NCBI GenBank assembly: GCA_046155125.1 | Contig: JBJXEC010000004.1 | Coordinates: 457 to 64,456, forward strand | Length of the DNA stretch: 64,000 nucleotides | Direction: 5' to 3' | DNA from: Sphingomonas sp. | Lineage (GTDB): Bacteria > Pseudomonadota > Alphaproteobacteria > Sphingomonadales > Sphingomonadaceae | In this document: piece by piece, positions 46,679 to 55,576 of the stretch | Numbering within the stretch: the first letter of the stretch is position 1 | Layout: each line of letters opens with the position of its first letter | The notes under the pieces: generated by a model | The model's database searches: none | What the model saw: the letters and a program-made list of their open reading frames with translations, nothing else | Told to the model about the DNA's origin: nothing | Translations under genes and position numbers: made by a program

Positions 46679-47967
46679 TGCCGCCGCGATCGCCCGCCAC
46701 GCGCAATTTGTGGCTTGAGCGCTGGCTTGGCCGAATGATTCTGGCGGCGCTGGCCTGGGTGCTGTTGACGGGCGTCTATGCACATCATTTGCCGCCACCG
46801 ATGTACTATTTTTCCGGCGACCGGATGATGGACTGGTTCAACACCGCATTTTGGGCGCGGGATGCCGGCATGTATGACAATTGGGGGAGCATTTATCCGC
46901 CATTGTCGTTCCTGCTGCTCCGGCTACTGGGCGATACCGGCTGCTATCCGGCATTCGACGGCGTGGCCGCGCGAGCGTGCGATACGGCAGGGATGTTGGC
47001 GATTCACGCACTATACGTGCTGGACGTGGTCCTTATCGCCCGGGCTTTCCTGAAGATCGACCGTGCAACCGCTGTGCCGCGCGCTATCGCGCTATCGGCA
47101 GGCTTGCCGCTCGTTTACGCGCTCGACCGGGGCAATCTGATGCTCGCCTGCGTGCCGTGTGTGGTGCTCGGCGTTGGCCCGCTATGCCGGGCCAGCTGGG
47201 CGCGAGCCGCGTGGGTCGGTGCTGCACTGAACTTCAAAGTATATTTGCTGGGCGCGGTGGTCGCGCAGATCGCTGGCGGCAAATGGCGGCGGGTGGAGCG
47301 CGCGCTGATCGCGGCAGTTGGCGTGTATCTTGTGAGCTTTGCGCTGCTCGGCCTGGGCACGCCTGGCGAGATCGCGCAGGATCTGATCGCGTTTGGCAGC
47401 GGTGATGCCCCGCGACTGATCGATCTTTGGTATCCCTCAAGCTTTGTGCCGCTGCGCTCACTGCTCATCGCGGACAATCCGCAGCTGCTGGCGCTGCTCG
47501 GACCAGACGTTGGCGGCGCGCTGATCGTTGGGCTTCCCTGGGCGGTTCATGCCGTGCAACTGTGCATCGTGGCAGCGCTGGCGGCTGCCTGGATCCGGCC
47601 GGGCGCGGTGCCGACCTATCGGCTGGCCGGGCTGGGCGCAGCGCTTGCGCTAATCAGCGTCGAGGCAGGCGGCTATGCGCAGTGGTTTGTGCTGTTTTTC
47701 GTGATGATCGAGCGCTGGGAAGCGGGCTTTGGCGCGAAATGGGCGATTTTGACGTGTTACGCCCTGTGCATGCCCCTTGACATCGTGTTGGCAGCGGCCC
47801 CGCAAGGCGCTGGCTTCCCGCCGCTCACTCTCGGTCATTTTCTGCGCCCTGCGATGCTGGCGTCGATTCCGCTGGCGCTGTCGCTGGAAACGTTGGCCCG
47901 GGCTTGGCGTACCCTGCGCGCGGGCCGTGCTGTGGCAAATTCGACTATGGACCCGCTCGCTGTCTGA
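46675..47967 (+). CDS. polytopic membrane protein, GT-C fold glycosyltransferase candidate (DUF2029/GT87-like)
   Basis: 430 aa with more than 10 TM helices. The first loop carries acidic residues (SGDRMMDWF) and an IYPPLSF motif. It sits in the position of GtrC in Gtr clusters. Confidence 0.55.
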   Translation: MMPPRSPATRNLWLERWLGRMILAALAWVLLTGVYAHHLPPPMYYFSGDRMMDWFNTAFWARDAGMYDNWGSIYPPLSFLLLRLLGDTGCYPAFDGVAARACDTAGMLAIHALYVLDVVLIARAFLKIDRATAVPRAIALSAGLPLVYALDRGNLMLACVPCVVLGVGPLCRASWARAAWVGAALNFKVYLLGAVVAQIAGGKWRRVERALIAAVGVYLVSFALLGLGTPGEIAQDLIAFGSGDAPRLIDLWYPSSFVPLRSLLIADNPQLLALLGPDVGGALIVGLPWAVHAVQLCIVAALAAAWIRPGAVPTYRLAGLGAALALISVEAGGYAQWFVLFFVMIERWEAGFGAKWAILTCYALCMPLDIVLAAAPQGAGFPPLTLGHFLRPAMLASIPLALSLETLARAWRTLRAGRAVANSTMDPLAV

Positions 47968-47977
47968 GCCGCTGGTA

Positions 47978-48421
47978 TCAGGCCAGCACGAGCAGGAGCG
48001 GCAATGCGCTGCCAGCCGCCAGGAGCACCAGCGACAGCGTGCGCATCCGTGCATTGTTGAGCGCCACGACCAGGCCAATCAGCGTGGACAGCATCAGCCC
48101 AATTGACATCAATCCGACAAACGCCTTGAGCGCCAGGGGATAGGCCCGCGCGGGAGGCGCGCCCGCCTTTTTAGCGAGCCCTTCGTCCGGCGGCGTGGCG
48201 CGCTGCGGCGTGGCGAGCTTCGGGCGCGGCATCGCTTGCTTCTTGTGCAGGCTTGCGATCACGCTGATCCACCGGGGCGGCGGGGACGCGCCTGCGCGCC
48301 GTTCATGAAAATCGAACGTCTGAAGAGCGCCACTGAACGCAAAAAACAGAATGGCTGGCGCAAACAGCACGCCCAGATAATGATGATAGACGCGCAGTCG
48401 GCGCATCATGCTGGCTTTCAT
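47978..48421 (-). CDS. PepSY-associated TM helix-like small membrane protein
   Basis: Trimmed to ATG 48421. It has RVYHHYLGVLFAPAILFFAFSGALQTF, typical of PepSY_TM regions, and a second C-terminal TM. It lies downstream of motB on the same strand. Confidence 0.45.
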   Translation of the reverse strand: MKASMMRRLRVYHHYLGVLFAPAILFFAFSGALQTFDFHERRAGASPPPRWISVIASLHKKQAMPRPKLATPQRATPPDEGLAKKAGAPPARAYPLALKAFVGLMSIGLMLSTLIGLVVALNNARMRTLSLVLLAAGSALPLLLVLA

Positions 48422-48487
48422 CGGTTTCGTCCTCCGCGGATGCCTCAGCGCTGTTTGGTAACCGGGCGGCGGCCACGGCGCCACGGA

Positions 48488-49387
48488 TTATTCGCCGAAC
48501 GCGCCCTTGCGATACAGCATGGTGATCGCGACGCGGCGGTTGCGCGGATCGGCGGCATTATCGGAAATAAATGGCTCGCGGTCGGCGACGCCTTCGATCC
48601 GCTCGAACCTTGCATCTTCCAGACCACCCGCTGCCAGCCGTCGGCGCGTGGCTTCGGCCCGGCTGCTAGAGAGCAGCCAGTTGTTCATCCCAGCAGGGTT
48701 CTGGAACGCGAGACTGTCCGTATGCCCGCGGATCATGATGGTGTTGCCAAGCGGCTTGATCGACTGGGCAATAAGGCCAATCAACTTGTCCGCTTCGGGT
48801 TCGAAACTCGTCGTGCCCAGCGCAAACATCGAATAATCGGCATTGTCGACCAAGTCGATCCGCAACCCTTCACGCGTTGGTACGAAGCGGACATGCGTCG
48901 CCAGTTTCGACAGCTTGGCGTTTTGCGCGACTTCCTGCTTTATCTGGCGCTGGATTTTCTCGAAATTGCTGCGATCCTCGGCAGCGAGTTGGTTCTTGAG
49001 CGAACCCTTCTCGCCGGTCCCCACGTTGGCGCCTCCAGTTGCGCCGACGGGGACAGTGAGCGCTCGCGTACCGGTTTGTGCCGCCTTGTGCGGGTAGTTA
49101 TCCAGATCGGTAATCGACTCGCCGCCAAACGGCCCATTGGAGCCCGCGCTTGCGGCGCGCGTCGTGATGAGGCTGGGGGCGAAATAGTCGGCGAGCGCCT
49201 TGCGCTGTTTCTCGTTGGTCGCGCCAAGCAGCCACATCAGGAGGAAAAACGCCATCATGGCCGTTACGAAATCGGCATAAGCGACCTTCCAGGCGCCGCC
49301 ATGGTGGCCGCCATGCCCTTCGATATAAATCTTCTTGACGATGATTTTCGGCGGCTGATTGTTGCCGTGCGGCGCGCGACCCGCCAC
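48488..49387 (-). CDS. motB: flagellar motor stator protein MotB
   Basis: It has WKVAYADFVTAMMAFFLLMWLL with the conserved Asp, and a C-terminal OmpA-like domain (IRGHTD...NWLLSSSRA...NRRV). The GTG start follows directly after the motA TAA. Confidence 0.9.
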   Translation of the reverse strand: MAGRAPHGNNQPPKIIVKKIYIEGHGGHHGGAWKVAYADFVTAMMAFFLLMWLLGATNEKQRKALADYFAPSLITTRAASAGSNGPFGGESITDLDNYPHKAAQTGTRALTVPVGATGGANVGTGEKGSLKNQLAAEDRSNFEKIQRQIKQEVAQNAKLSKLATHVRFVPTREGLRIDLVDNADYSMFALGTTSFEPEADKLIGLIAQSIKPLGNTIMIRGHTDSLAFQNPAGMNNWLLSSSRAEATRRRLAAGGLEDARFERIEGVADREPFISDNAADPRNRRVAITMLYRKGAFGE

Positions 49388-50251
49388 TTACCTGCCCCGC
49401 AACCCGTCGAACACCTCGGCAAAGCCGGGCTGATTGTTGTGGGCAATCCCCGAGCGTGCTGCTTCGATGACGAGCGGCTGCGGGTGCCCGTGGAGCGAGG
49501 CGATGATGATTTGCTTGACGGTGTGGTAGATCGCGGCATCGGCATCGATGATTTGCTGGAGCCGCGTGGCGAGCGGCGCGACGATGCCATAGGCCAGCAA
49601 CACGCCCATGAACGTGCCGACCAGTGCCGAACCGATCAGCGCCCCCAGAATCGCTGGTGGCTTGTCGATCGACCCCATCGTCTTCACGACGCCAAGAACG
49701 GCTGCAACAATGCCAAGTGCAGGCAGCGCGTCGGCCAGCGTCTGGAAGGTTGTTTGCGGACCCTGCACTTCATGATGATGCGTCTTGATGGTGTTGTCCA
49801 TCACCTCTTCTACCGCGTGCACATCGAGCGTGCCCGACGAGACGACGACCAGCCGCAGCGTGTCGGCGATCAGTGAAATCAGTGCGTGATCGGCAAGCAG
49901 CCGGGGATATTCGGTGAAGATGGCGCTCGATTTCGGATCTTCGACATGCGGCTCAAGCGCGATCGGCCCTTCGGTGCGCAGCATCTTCATCAGTTTGGAC
50001 ACCAGGAAGATGGTGTCGAGATAATCCTGCTTCTTGTATTTGGGGCCTTTCAGCACCTTCATCAGGCCGCCGCCCATCGCCTTTAATTCCTTGCCGGAAT
50101 TGCCGATGATGAGCGAGCCGGCAGCCGCGCCGCCGATGATGAGCATTTCGTGCGGGATGGCCTCCATCACGGGCTCCAGGGCCCCGCCGGTAAGCGCAAA
50201 ACCGCCGAAAACCATGACGATCAGGACAACAAGGCCGATCACTGGAAACAT
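49388..50251 (-). CDS. motA: flagellar motor stator protein MotA
   Basis: 287 aa with four TM helices and the conserved ALPALGIVAAVLGVV...GALIGSALVGTFMGVLLAYG channel region. Confidence 0.92.
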   Translation of the reverse strand: MFPVIGLVVLIVMVFGGFALTGGALEPVMEAIPHEMLIIGGAAAGSLIIGNSGKELKAMGGGLMKVLKGPKYKKQDYLDTIFLVSKLMKMLRTEGPIALEPHVEDPKSSAIFTEYPRLLADHALISLIADTLRLVVVSSGTLDVHAVEEVMDNTIKTHHHEVQGPQTTFQTLADALPALGIVAAVLGVVKTMGSIDKPPAILGALIGSALVGTFMGVLLAYGIVAPLATRLQQIIDADAAIYHTVKQIIIASLHGHPQPLVIEAARSGIAHNNQPGFAEVFDGLRGR

Positions 50252-50358
50252 GCTGGTGGTCTTCCCCCATCGAAATCAGTCGGCCGTCCTTAAGGATAAC
50301 GACCAGTTGACGAACTTATTCAGCTGATATTGCCGCCAACCCGTTACCAATTCGCCAA

Positions 50359-51270
50359 TCAGCGAATATAATCGAACAGCGACAGCTGGCTCAGCCGAGT
50401 GAAGCTCGCTTGCGTGGCCTGCAAAATGGTCGATGCCTTTTGCAAATTGGCGATGGCCGCTGTCAGGTCGGTATCTTCAAGGCCAGATCGGTCCGCCTCG
50501 CGGGCAATGCCCGTGTCCTGAAGGCGGTTGGTTTCCAGGTCGAGCCGCGCGCCGCGCGCGCCGACGGAGCCGCGCAGGCCGTTGATCTGATCAAGCCCCG
50601 ACTTCAACCCGTCGATGGTCGCGCCCGCTGCGGCATTTACATTGGTGTTGGTGTCAAACGCGTCGGCAAGGTTGCTGATCGCGGCGAACAGGGTGGTTGC
50701 CCCGCCCGCCCCGGTTATTCCGCCAAACACACGCTCGGCGGTTTCGGTTGGCTGGATGTGTCCGGCATCGCCAATCGGGATTGAGGCTGGCGTTCCAGTA
50801 CCGGTGAAGCTCACGGCACCAGCGGCGTCGACGGTGACGGCCGTATCGCCGGTTGCGGCGCCAAACAGCGGACCACCGCGAGCGTCCTTGCTGTTGGCGA
50901 TGGTGACGAGATCGTCGACGATGCTGCGCAGTTGGCTTGCGACCACTTTGCGGTCCGCGGCGGACAATGTTCCGTTATTGGCCTGGATCGCCAGTTCCTG
51001 CGCGCGCTGAATTTGCGTCGCGACATCGCCGAGCGCGGAGTCAGTCTGCGACAACAGCGTTTGGGCAAGCGATATGTTGGCGGTCGTGTTCGTGTCGTTG
51101 GCGGTCGCGACCGCAAGGCGTTGCAGGCGCTGATAGGCAACCGGATTGTCCGACGGCCCGGCAAATTTTTGACCGGTCGATATCTGTGTTTGCAGGGTTT
51201 GTGTTTGTGTGGCGAGCGTGTTGATGCGGCCCGCGGTGCGATCATAGAACAGGCTGTTGCTGATGGTCAT
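50359..51270 (-). CDS. flgL: flagellar hook-associated protein 3
   Basis: It has flagellin-like N- and C-termini (MTISNSLFYDR..., ...LSQLSLFDYIR) and sits after flgK. Confidence 0.88.
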   Translation of the reverse strand: MTISNSLFYDRTAGRINTLATQTQTLQTQISTGQKFAGPSDNPVAYQRLQRLAVATANDTNTTANISLAQTLLSQTDSALGDVATQIQRAQELAIQANNGTLSAADRKVVASQLRSIVDDLVTIANSKDARGGPLFGAATGDTAVTVDAAGAVSFTGTGTPASIPIGDAGHIQPTETAERVFGGITGAGGATTLFAAISNLADAFDTNTNVNAAAGATIDGLKSGLDQINGLRGSVGARGARLDLETNRLQDTGIAREADRSGLEDTDLTAAIANLQKASTILQATQASFTRLSQLSLFDYIR

Positions 51271-51279
51271 GCGGTGGCC

Positions 51280-52620
51280 CTATCGGATGTCGAGAATGGT
51301 CTGCAGCGTTTCGCGCGCGACCTGAATGACGCGGCTGGACGCTTGATACGCTTGCTGGAAGCGCAGCAGGTCGACTGCTTCATTGTCGAGGTTGACGCCC
51401 GATATCGCGTCGCGGGCCGTGATGGCGCCGTCGCGAATCGCGGTTTGCGCGGTCGAAATCGTCTTTCGGGAGGCCAGCGCGGCTGCGTTGTCGGCCGTGA
51501 TCGCGGTTACCTGGCCTTCAAAGTCGGCGGACGTGCGCACCGCTGCCAGTGCCTGTAGGTTGCTGTTGTCACGCGGACCACCGCCGATGCCTGCCGCCGC
51601 AATACCGCGCGGGTCGGCGAGCGACAGGGTGAACTCGGTCGGTACGGTGGCCGAGGAGAACAGCGGCGCGCCGGGCGTACCATCAAGCGCGCGCCCCTGG
51701 CCCTGCACGGTGTTCACGGCATCGACAAAATCGGTTGCGATCTGATCGAGCGACTGAAGCGCGTTCGCGACGCGCTGTGCGCTTTCGACAATCCCTGCAA
51801 GCGCGCCTCCAGCGGGAGAGAAGCTGGAGGCTGTCTGGTTGCGGTACACGCCAAATGAAACCGCGCCTGTCGTCCCGCGAACGTAGGTGACCTGGCTGAC
51901 ATTTTGCCCGTCCACCAGAAGCGGCCCGTTGCTGCCGCCAAGTTTCACGGTCGCGCGCCCCGCCAAATCGGTGGTAACGCCAATGTCGCTGAGCGCGCTC
52001 AATTGTTCGAGCAGCTGGTCGCGCTGGTCAAGCAGCTGCGCTTGAGAGGCGCTGCCAGGCGATGTGCCGCCCAGCCCGTAATTCACCTTGGCAAGCGCGG
52101 TGCCGAGCGTTTGCAGCTTTGCGACCGCATCATCGGCGATGGCGTCGATGTTGACGTTGACCTGGTCGAGCGCCCGGCCAGTGCCGGCAAACGCGTTTGC
52201 CACGCCGGTTGCGTGCTCAAGAAAGGCCGCGCGCGGCGCCGAGGCTGTGGGATCGGCGGCGATCGTGTTGGCGGCGTTGAAGAAACTGGTGAGCTGGCTC
52301 GACAACTGGTTGCCGGTCAACGCTGTTTCGATCTGGCCGAGCACGGCAACACTGGTGTCGGTGCGGGCAAGATCGGCGCCCGCCGCGCGGACATCGGCCG
52401 TGCGCAAATCGTCGGACTGGCGGTTGATCGACTTGACGACAACGCCATTGCCATCGAGCGCGCGTGCGCTGCGCCCGCTGACTGAGGTGACCTCTGACAA
52501 GTTGGTCGTGCGGCGCGTATAGCCAGCGGACGAGGCGTTTGCGATATTGTCCGACGTGGTGGTCAGCGCGGTCTGGAACGCGCGCACACCGCTTGCGCCG
52601 ATAGAGAGAATATCGCTCAT
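51280..52620 (-). CDS. flgK: flagellar hook-associated protein 1
   Basis: It has the N-terminal MSDILSIGASGVRAFQTALTTTSDNIANA and the C-terminal NLDNEAVDLLRFQQAYQASSRVIQ. Confidence 0.9.
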   Translation of the reverse strand: MSDILSIGASGVRAFQTALTTTSDNIANASSAGYTRRTTNLSEVTSVSGRSARALDGNGVVVKSINRQSDDLRTADVRAAGADLARTDTSVAVLGQIETALTGNQLSSQLTSFFNAANTIAADPTASAPRAAFLEHATGVANAFAGTGRALDQVNVNIDAIADDAVAKLQTLGTALAKVNYGLGGTSPGSASQAQLLDQRDQLLEQLSALSDIGVTTDLAGRATVKLGGSNGPLLVDGQNVSQVTYVRGTTGAVSFGVYRNQTASSFSPAGGALAGIVESAQRVANALQSLDQIATDFVDAVNTVQGQGRALDGTPGAPLFSSATVPTEFTLSLADPRGIAAAGIGGGPRDNSNLQALAAVRTSADFEGQVTAITADNAAALASRKTISTAQTAIRDGAITARDAISGVNLDNEAVDLLRFQQAYQASSRVIQVARETLQTILDIR

Positions 52621-52979
52621 GGCGCGGCCTCCGGCTCAGCGCCGCCTGGTACGGACGCCCCACCAAGCTCGGGCTGCGTTTTGGACAGGAAATCGACCAT
52701 CGCCTTGCCGATGCCCAGCGGATGGTGCTCGGCCATGATCTGTGCCGTTTTCTGGTCCTGCATCTCGCGGAACGTGTCGGTCGCCTGACTGGAGAAAATG
52801 TCGTCGGCCAAATGCACGCTGCGCATCGACTTCAGCATCATATGCGTAAACACTGCCTCAAACTTGGTGCCGGCCGCCTCCAGATTGGCACGCGTCGACA
52901 GCCGGCTCGTGTCTTTAGACACATTGGCCGCATCGAGCGTACCAGCAGGAAGGCCAGTGGTTGGGCCGCCCGGTGTCAT
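52617..52979 (-). CDS. flgJ: rod-binding protein (single-domain FlgJ, no muramidase domain)
   Basis: 120 aa. It has the rod-binding block FEAVFTHMMLKSMR...DTFREMQDQKTAQIMA. ATGA overlaps with flgI and flgK. Confidence 0.8.
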   Translation of the reverse strand: MTPGGPTTGLPAGTLDAANVSKDTSRLSTRANLEAAGTKFEAVFTHMMLKSMRSVHLADDIFSSQATDTFREMQDQKTAQIMAEHHPLGIGKAMVDFLSKTQPELGGASVPGGAEPEAAP

Positions 52980-54070
52980 AGGATGATCAGGTCCGCTTTC
53001 AGCGCGCCAGCCTCTTTCAGCGCTTCAAGGATCGCGACGAGATCAGCAGGCGATGCGCCAATCGCGTTCATGGCCTTCACCACATCGGCAAGTTTGGGGC
53101 CGGGCTCAAGCAGGAAGATGGGCTTGATTTCCTCGGTAATGCCAACGCCGCTCTTTTGCTCAAGCGCGGTTTGCCCCTGGCTTAGCGGCTGGGGCTGGCT
53201 TACTTTTTGCGACTCGTCGACGCGCACGGTGAGCTTGCCTTGTGTCACGGCCGCCGTGCCCAGCCGAACGGCCGAGTTGATGACGACGGTGCCCGTGCGC
53301 GCGTTAACCACGACGCGCGCCGAAGGTTCGGCCGATGTTACAGTCAAATTCTCGATCTGGCTCATCAGCGTAGCGCGGCCATCCGCGCCCTCGGGCGCTG
53401 ACACCGCGATCGAGACGCCGTCAACTGCCTGAGCGCGCCCTGGCCCCAGCCGGGCGTTGATCGCAGCGGCAATATTTTGTGCGGTGGTAAAATCAGCGCG
53501 GGCAAGGTTGAAGGTCAACAGCGGCGTGTTCGCAAAGCCGGTATCGACCGCGCGTTCCACCGTCGCGCCTTCCGGGATGCGTCCGGCAGACGGCACGTTG
53601 ACGACGATCTTGGAGCCGTCGGCGCCTTCCGCGCCAAGCCCGCCCACCGCGAGCGACCCTTGCGCCATTGCATACACCTCGCCGTCGGCGCCGATCAGTG
53701 GCGTCAGAATGAGGCTGCCGCCGCGCAGCGACTTGGCCTTGCCCAGCGTCGACACGGTAACGTCAATGCGCTGACCGGGCTTTGCAAAGGGCGGCAGCTC
53801 CGCCGTGATGAGCACGGCTGCCGAGTTCTTCAAGCTGGGGTTAATGCCAGCTGGCAATTGCAGCCCAAAACGCGAGGTGATGCTGCGCAGGGACTGAATG
53901 GTGTATTCAAGGTTGTCGTCACCCGTGCCCGGCAACCCCACCACGACGCCATAGCCTGTCAATTGGTTGGTCCGGATGCCCTGAAAGGTGCCAAGATCCT
54001 TCACCCGGTCTGCAAGCGCAGGGCTCGCGACCAGGCAGGTCATCAATAGCGCAAGGAAATAGCGAAGCAT
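52976..54070 (-). CDS. flgI: flagellar P-ring protein
   Basis: Conserved FlgI sequence (RVKDLGTFQGIRTNQLTGYGVVVGLPGTGD). ATG 54070 gives a signal peptide; the track start is TTG 54085. Confidence 0.93.
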   Translation of the reverse strand: MLRYFLALLMTCLVASPALADRVKDLGTFQGIRTNQLTGYGVVVGLPGTGDDNLEYTIQSLRSITSRFGLQLPAGINPSLKNSAAVLITAELPPFAKPGQRIDVTVSTLGKAKSLRGGSLILTPLIGADGEVYAMAQGSLAVGGLGAEGADGSKIVVNVPSAGRIPEGATVERAVDTGFANTPLLTFNLARADFTTAQNIAAAINARLGPGRAQAVDGVSIAVSAPEGADGRATLMSQIENLTVTSAEPSARVVVNARTGTVVINSAVRLGTAAVTQGKLTVRVDESQKVSQPQPLSQGQTALEQKSGVGITEEIKPIFLLEPGPKLADVVKAMNAIGASPADLVAILEALKEAGALKADLIIL

Positions 54071-54081
54071 CTTGTGTCCGA

Positions 54082-54765
54082 TCAAAACGGGCTGATTACG
54101 GAGAAGAACCGGCTGAACCAGCCTTGGCGACTGGCGCGCGCCACATCACCCTTGCCGGTATAGGCAATCTGGGCGTCGGCAACGCGGGTGGAGGGCACGC
54201 GATTGTCTGCGTCGACATCGGCCATGCGGACAATGCCTTTGATCTGTACAAACTCGTCGCCGCGGTTGAGCGTCACACGCTTGCCGCCCTGTACCAGCAT
54301 GGTGCCATTGGGGTAAACCTGTGCCACTGTGACGCTGACTTCGCCCGACAGGCTGTTCGACTGATCGGCCGACCCTGACCCGGTAAACCCGCGCACGCCG
54401 CTTGCAGTGGCCGCGTTGGGGTTGAACGAAAGCGGGCCGGACGAAGGCGGCGTGATGCCGAGATTGCCCTTGCTATCAAGTTTTGAATTAGCCGATTTGG
54501 TTGCAAGGGTGCGCTCGGTCAATATGATGGTGAGCGGGTCGCCAACGCGACGCGCGCGCCAGCCTTCGTACAGCGGCGCATAGCCGTTCGATGCCTGATA
54601 GATGGAGCCATTGGCCACTGGCGGCGGCGGCGGTGGTGGCGGCAGCGTTACGGTATAGTCGGTTGGCGGCTTTTTCTTGCCGAAAAGGCCGGCATGTGCT
54701 GCGGGCGGCGCCCAAGCGAGGACACCGGCCGCTGCTAGTGCAACCACCGACGCAACGCGCCTCAT
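54082..54765 (-). CDS. flgH: flagellar L-ring protein
   Basis: Conserved FlgH blocks (GSIYQ, RARRVGDPLTIIL, LSGEVSVTVAQVYPNGTMLVQGGK, ADVDADNRVPSTRVADAQI). The preferred start is ATG 54765 (the track uses 54795). Confidence 0.9.
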   Translation of the reverse strand: MRRVASVVALAAAGVLAWAPPAAHAGLFGKKKPPTDYTVTLPPPPPPPPVANGSIYQASNGYAPLYEGWRARRVGDPLTIILTERTLATKSANSKLDSKGNLGITPPSSGPLSFNPNAATASGVRGFTGSGSADQSNSLSGEVSVTVAQVYPNGTMLVQGGKRVTLNRGDEFVQIKGIVRMADVDADNRVPSTRVADAQIAYTGKGDVARASRQGWFSRFFSVISPF

Positions 54766-54775
54766 GACCGGCCGA

Positions 54776-55564
54776 TCAGATGTTCTGGTTGGCATATTGC
54801 AGCATTTCGTCGGTTGCCTTGATCATTTTCGAATTAACCTCATAGGCTCGCTGGGTCTCGATCATGTTGACCAGTTCTTCGACCACGTTGACGTTGGAGC
54901 CTTCAAGCATGCCCTGGCGCACATTGCCGCGCCCGTCCTGGCCCGGAATGCCCAGATTGGCGGCGCCGCTGGCGGCGGTTTCCGTCAGATAATTGTCGCC
55001 AGTCGATTGCAGGCCAGCGCTGTTGGGGAACGCCGCCACCTGAATCTGGCCAAGCTGGCTTGGCTCGGTTTGCCCAGCAATCGTTGCTGAAACCGTGCCG
55101 TCCGTGCCGACGGTGATCGAGGTCGCGCCTTCGGGAATGGTCACGCCAGGCTGCACTTGATAGCCCTCCGACGTCACCAAAAGCCCTTGGGCAGAGCGCG
55201 AAAAATTGCCGGCGCGGGTATAGGCAAGCTGGCCACTCGGCAGCGTCACCTGAAAATAACCATCGCCATCAAGGGCGAGATCAAGCGAGTTGCCGGTGGT
55301 CGACAGGGTCCCTTGCGTGTCGATCCGCTCGGTGCCCTGAATGCGCACGCCAGTGCCCAGGTTCAGCCCGGTTGCGTAGTTCGACTGCGACGTGCTTGGA
55401 GCGCCGGGCGCGGTAACCGTTTGATAGGCAAGCGTTTCAAACGACGCCCGGTCGCGCTTGTACCCCGTAGTGTTCACGTTTGCGAGGTTGTTTGAGATAA
55501 CCCGCATGCGCATGTCCTGCGCGTCTAGCCCGGTGCGTGCGATATGTAATGCAGCACTACTCAT
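54776..55564 (-). CDS. flgG: flagellar distal rod protein
   Basis: 262 aa with highly conserved FlgG termini (ALHIARTGLDAQ...NNLANVNTTGYK; VNVVEELVNMIETQRAYE). Confidence 0.95.
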   Translation of the reverse strand: MSSAALHIARTGLDAQDMRMRVISNNLANVNTTGYKRDRASFETLAYQTVTAPGAPSTSQSNYATGLNLGTGVRIQGTERIDTQGTLSTTGNSLDLALDGDGYFQVTLPSGQLAYTRAGNFSRSAQGLLVTSEGYQVQPGVTIPEGATSITVGTDGTVSATIAGQTEPSQLGQIQVAAFPNSAGLQSTGDNYLTETAASGAANLGIPGQDGRGNVRQGMLEGSNVNVVEELVNMIETQRAYEVNSKMIKATDEMLQYANQNI

Positions 55565-55576
55565 CTCTCAGCCCCC

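Noticed and set aside
48236-49876. 546-aa plus-strand ORF across motB and motA.
   Set aside because: It is antisense to unmistakable MotA/MotB sequences, has no recognisable domain, and has the composition of a GC-rich shadow frame.
50252-50358. Sigma-28 promoter upstream of motA.
   Set aside because: The best candidate on the minus strand (TTAAGGAC-N11-TTCGATGG) matches only about half of each consensus box. It would also leave a leader of about 12 nt. This is too weak to call without a matrix scan or a mapped start.
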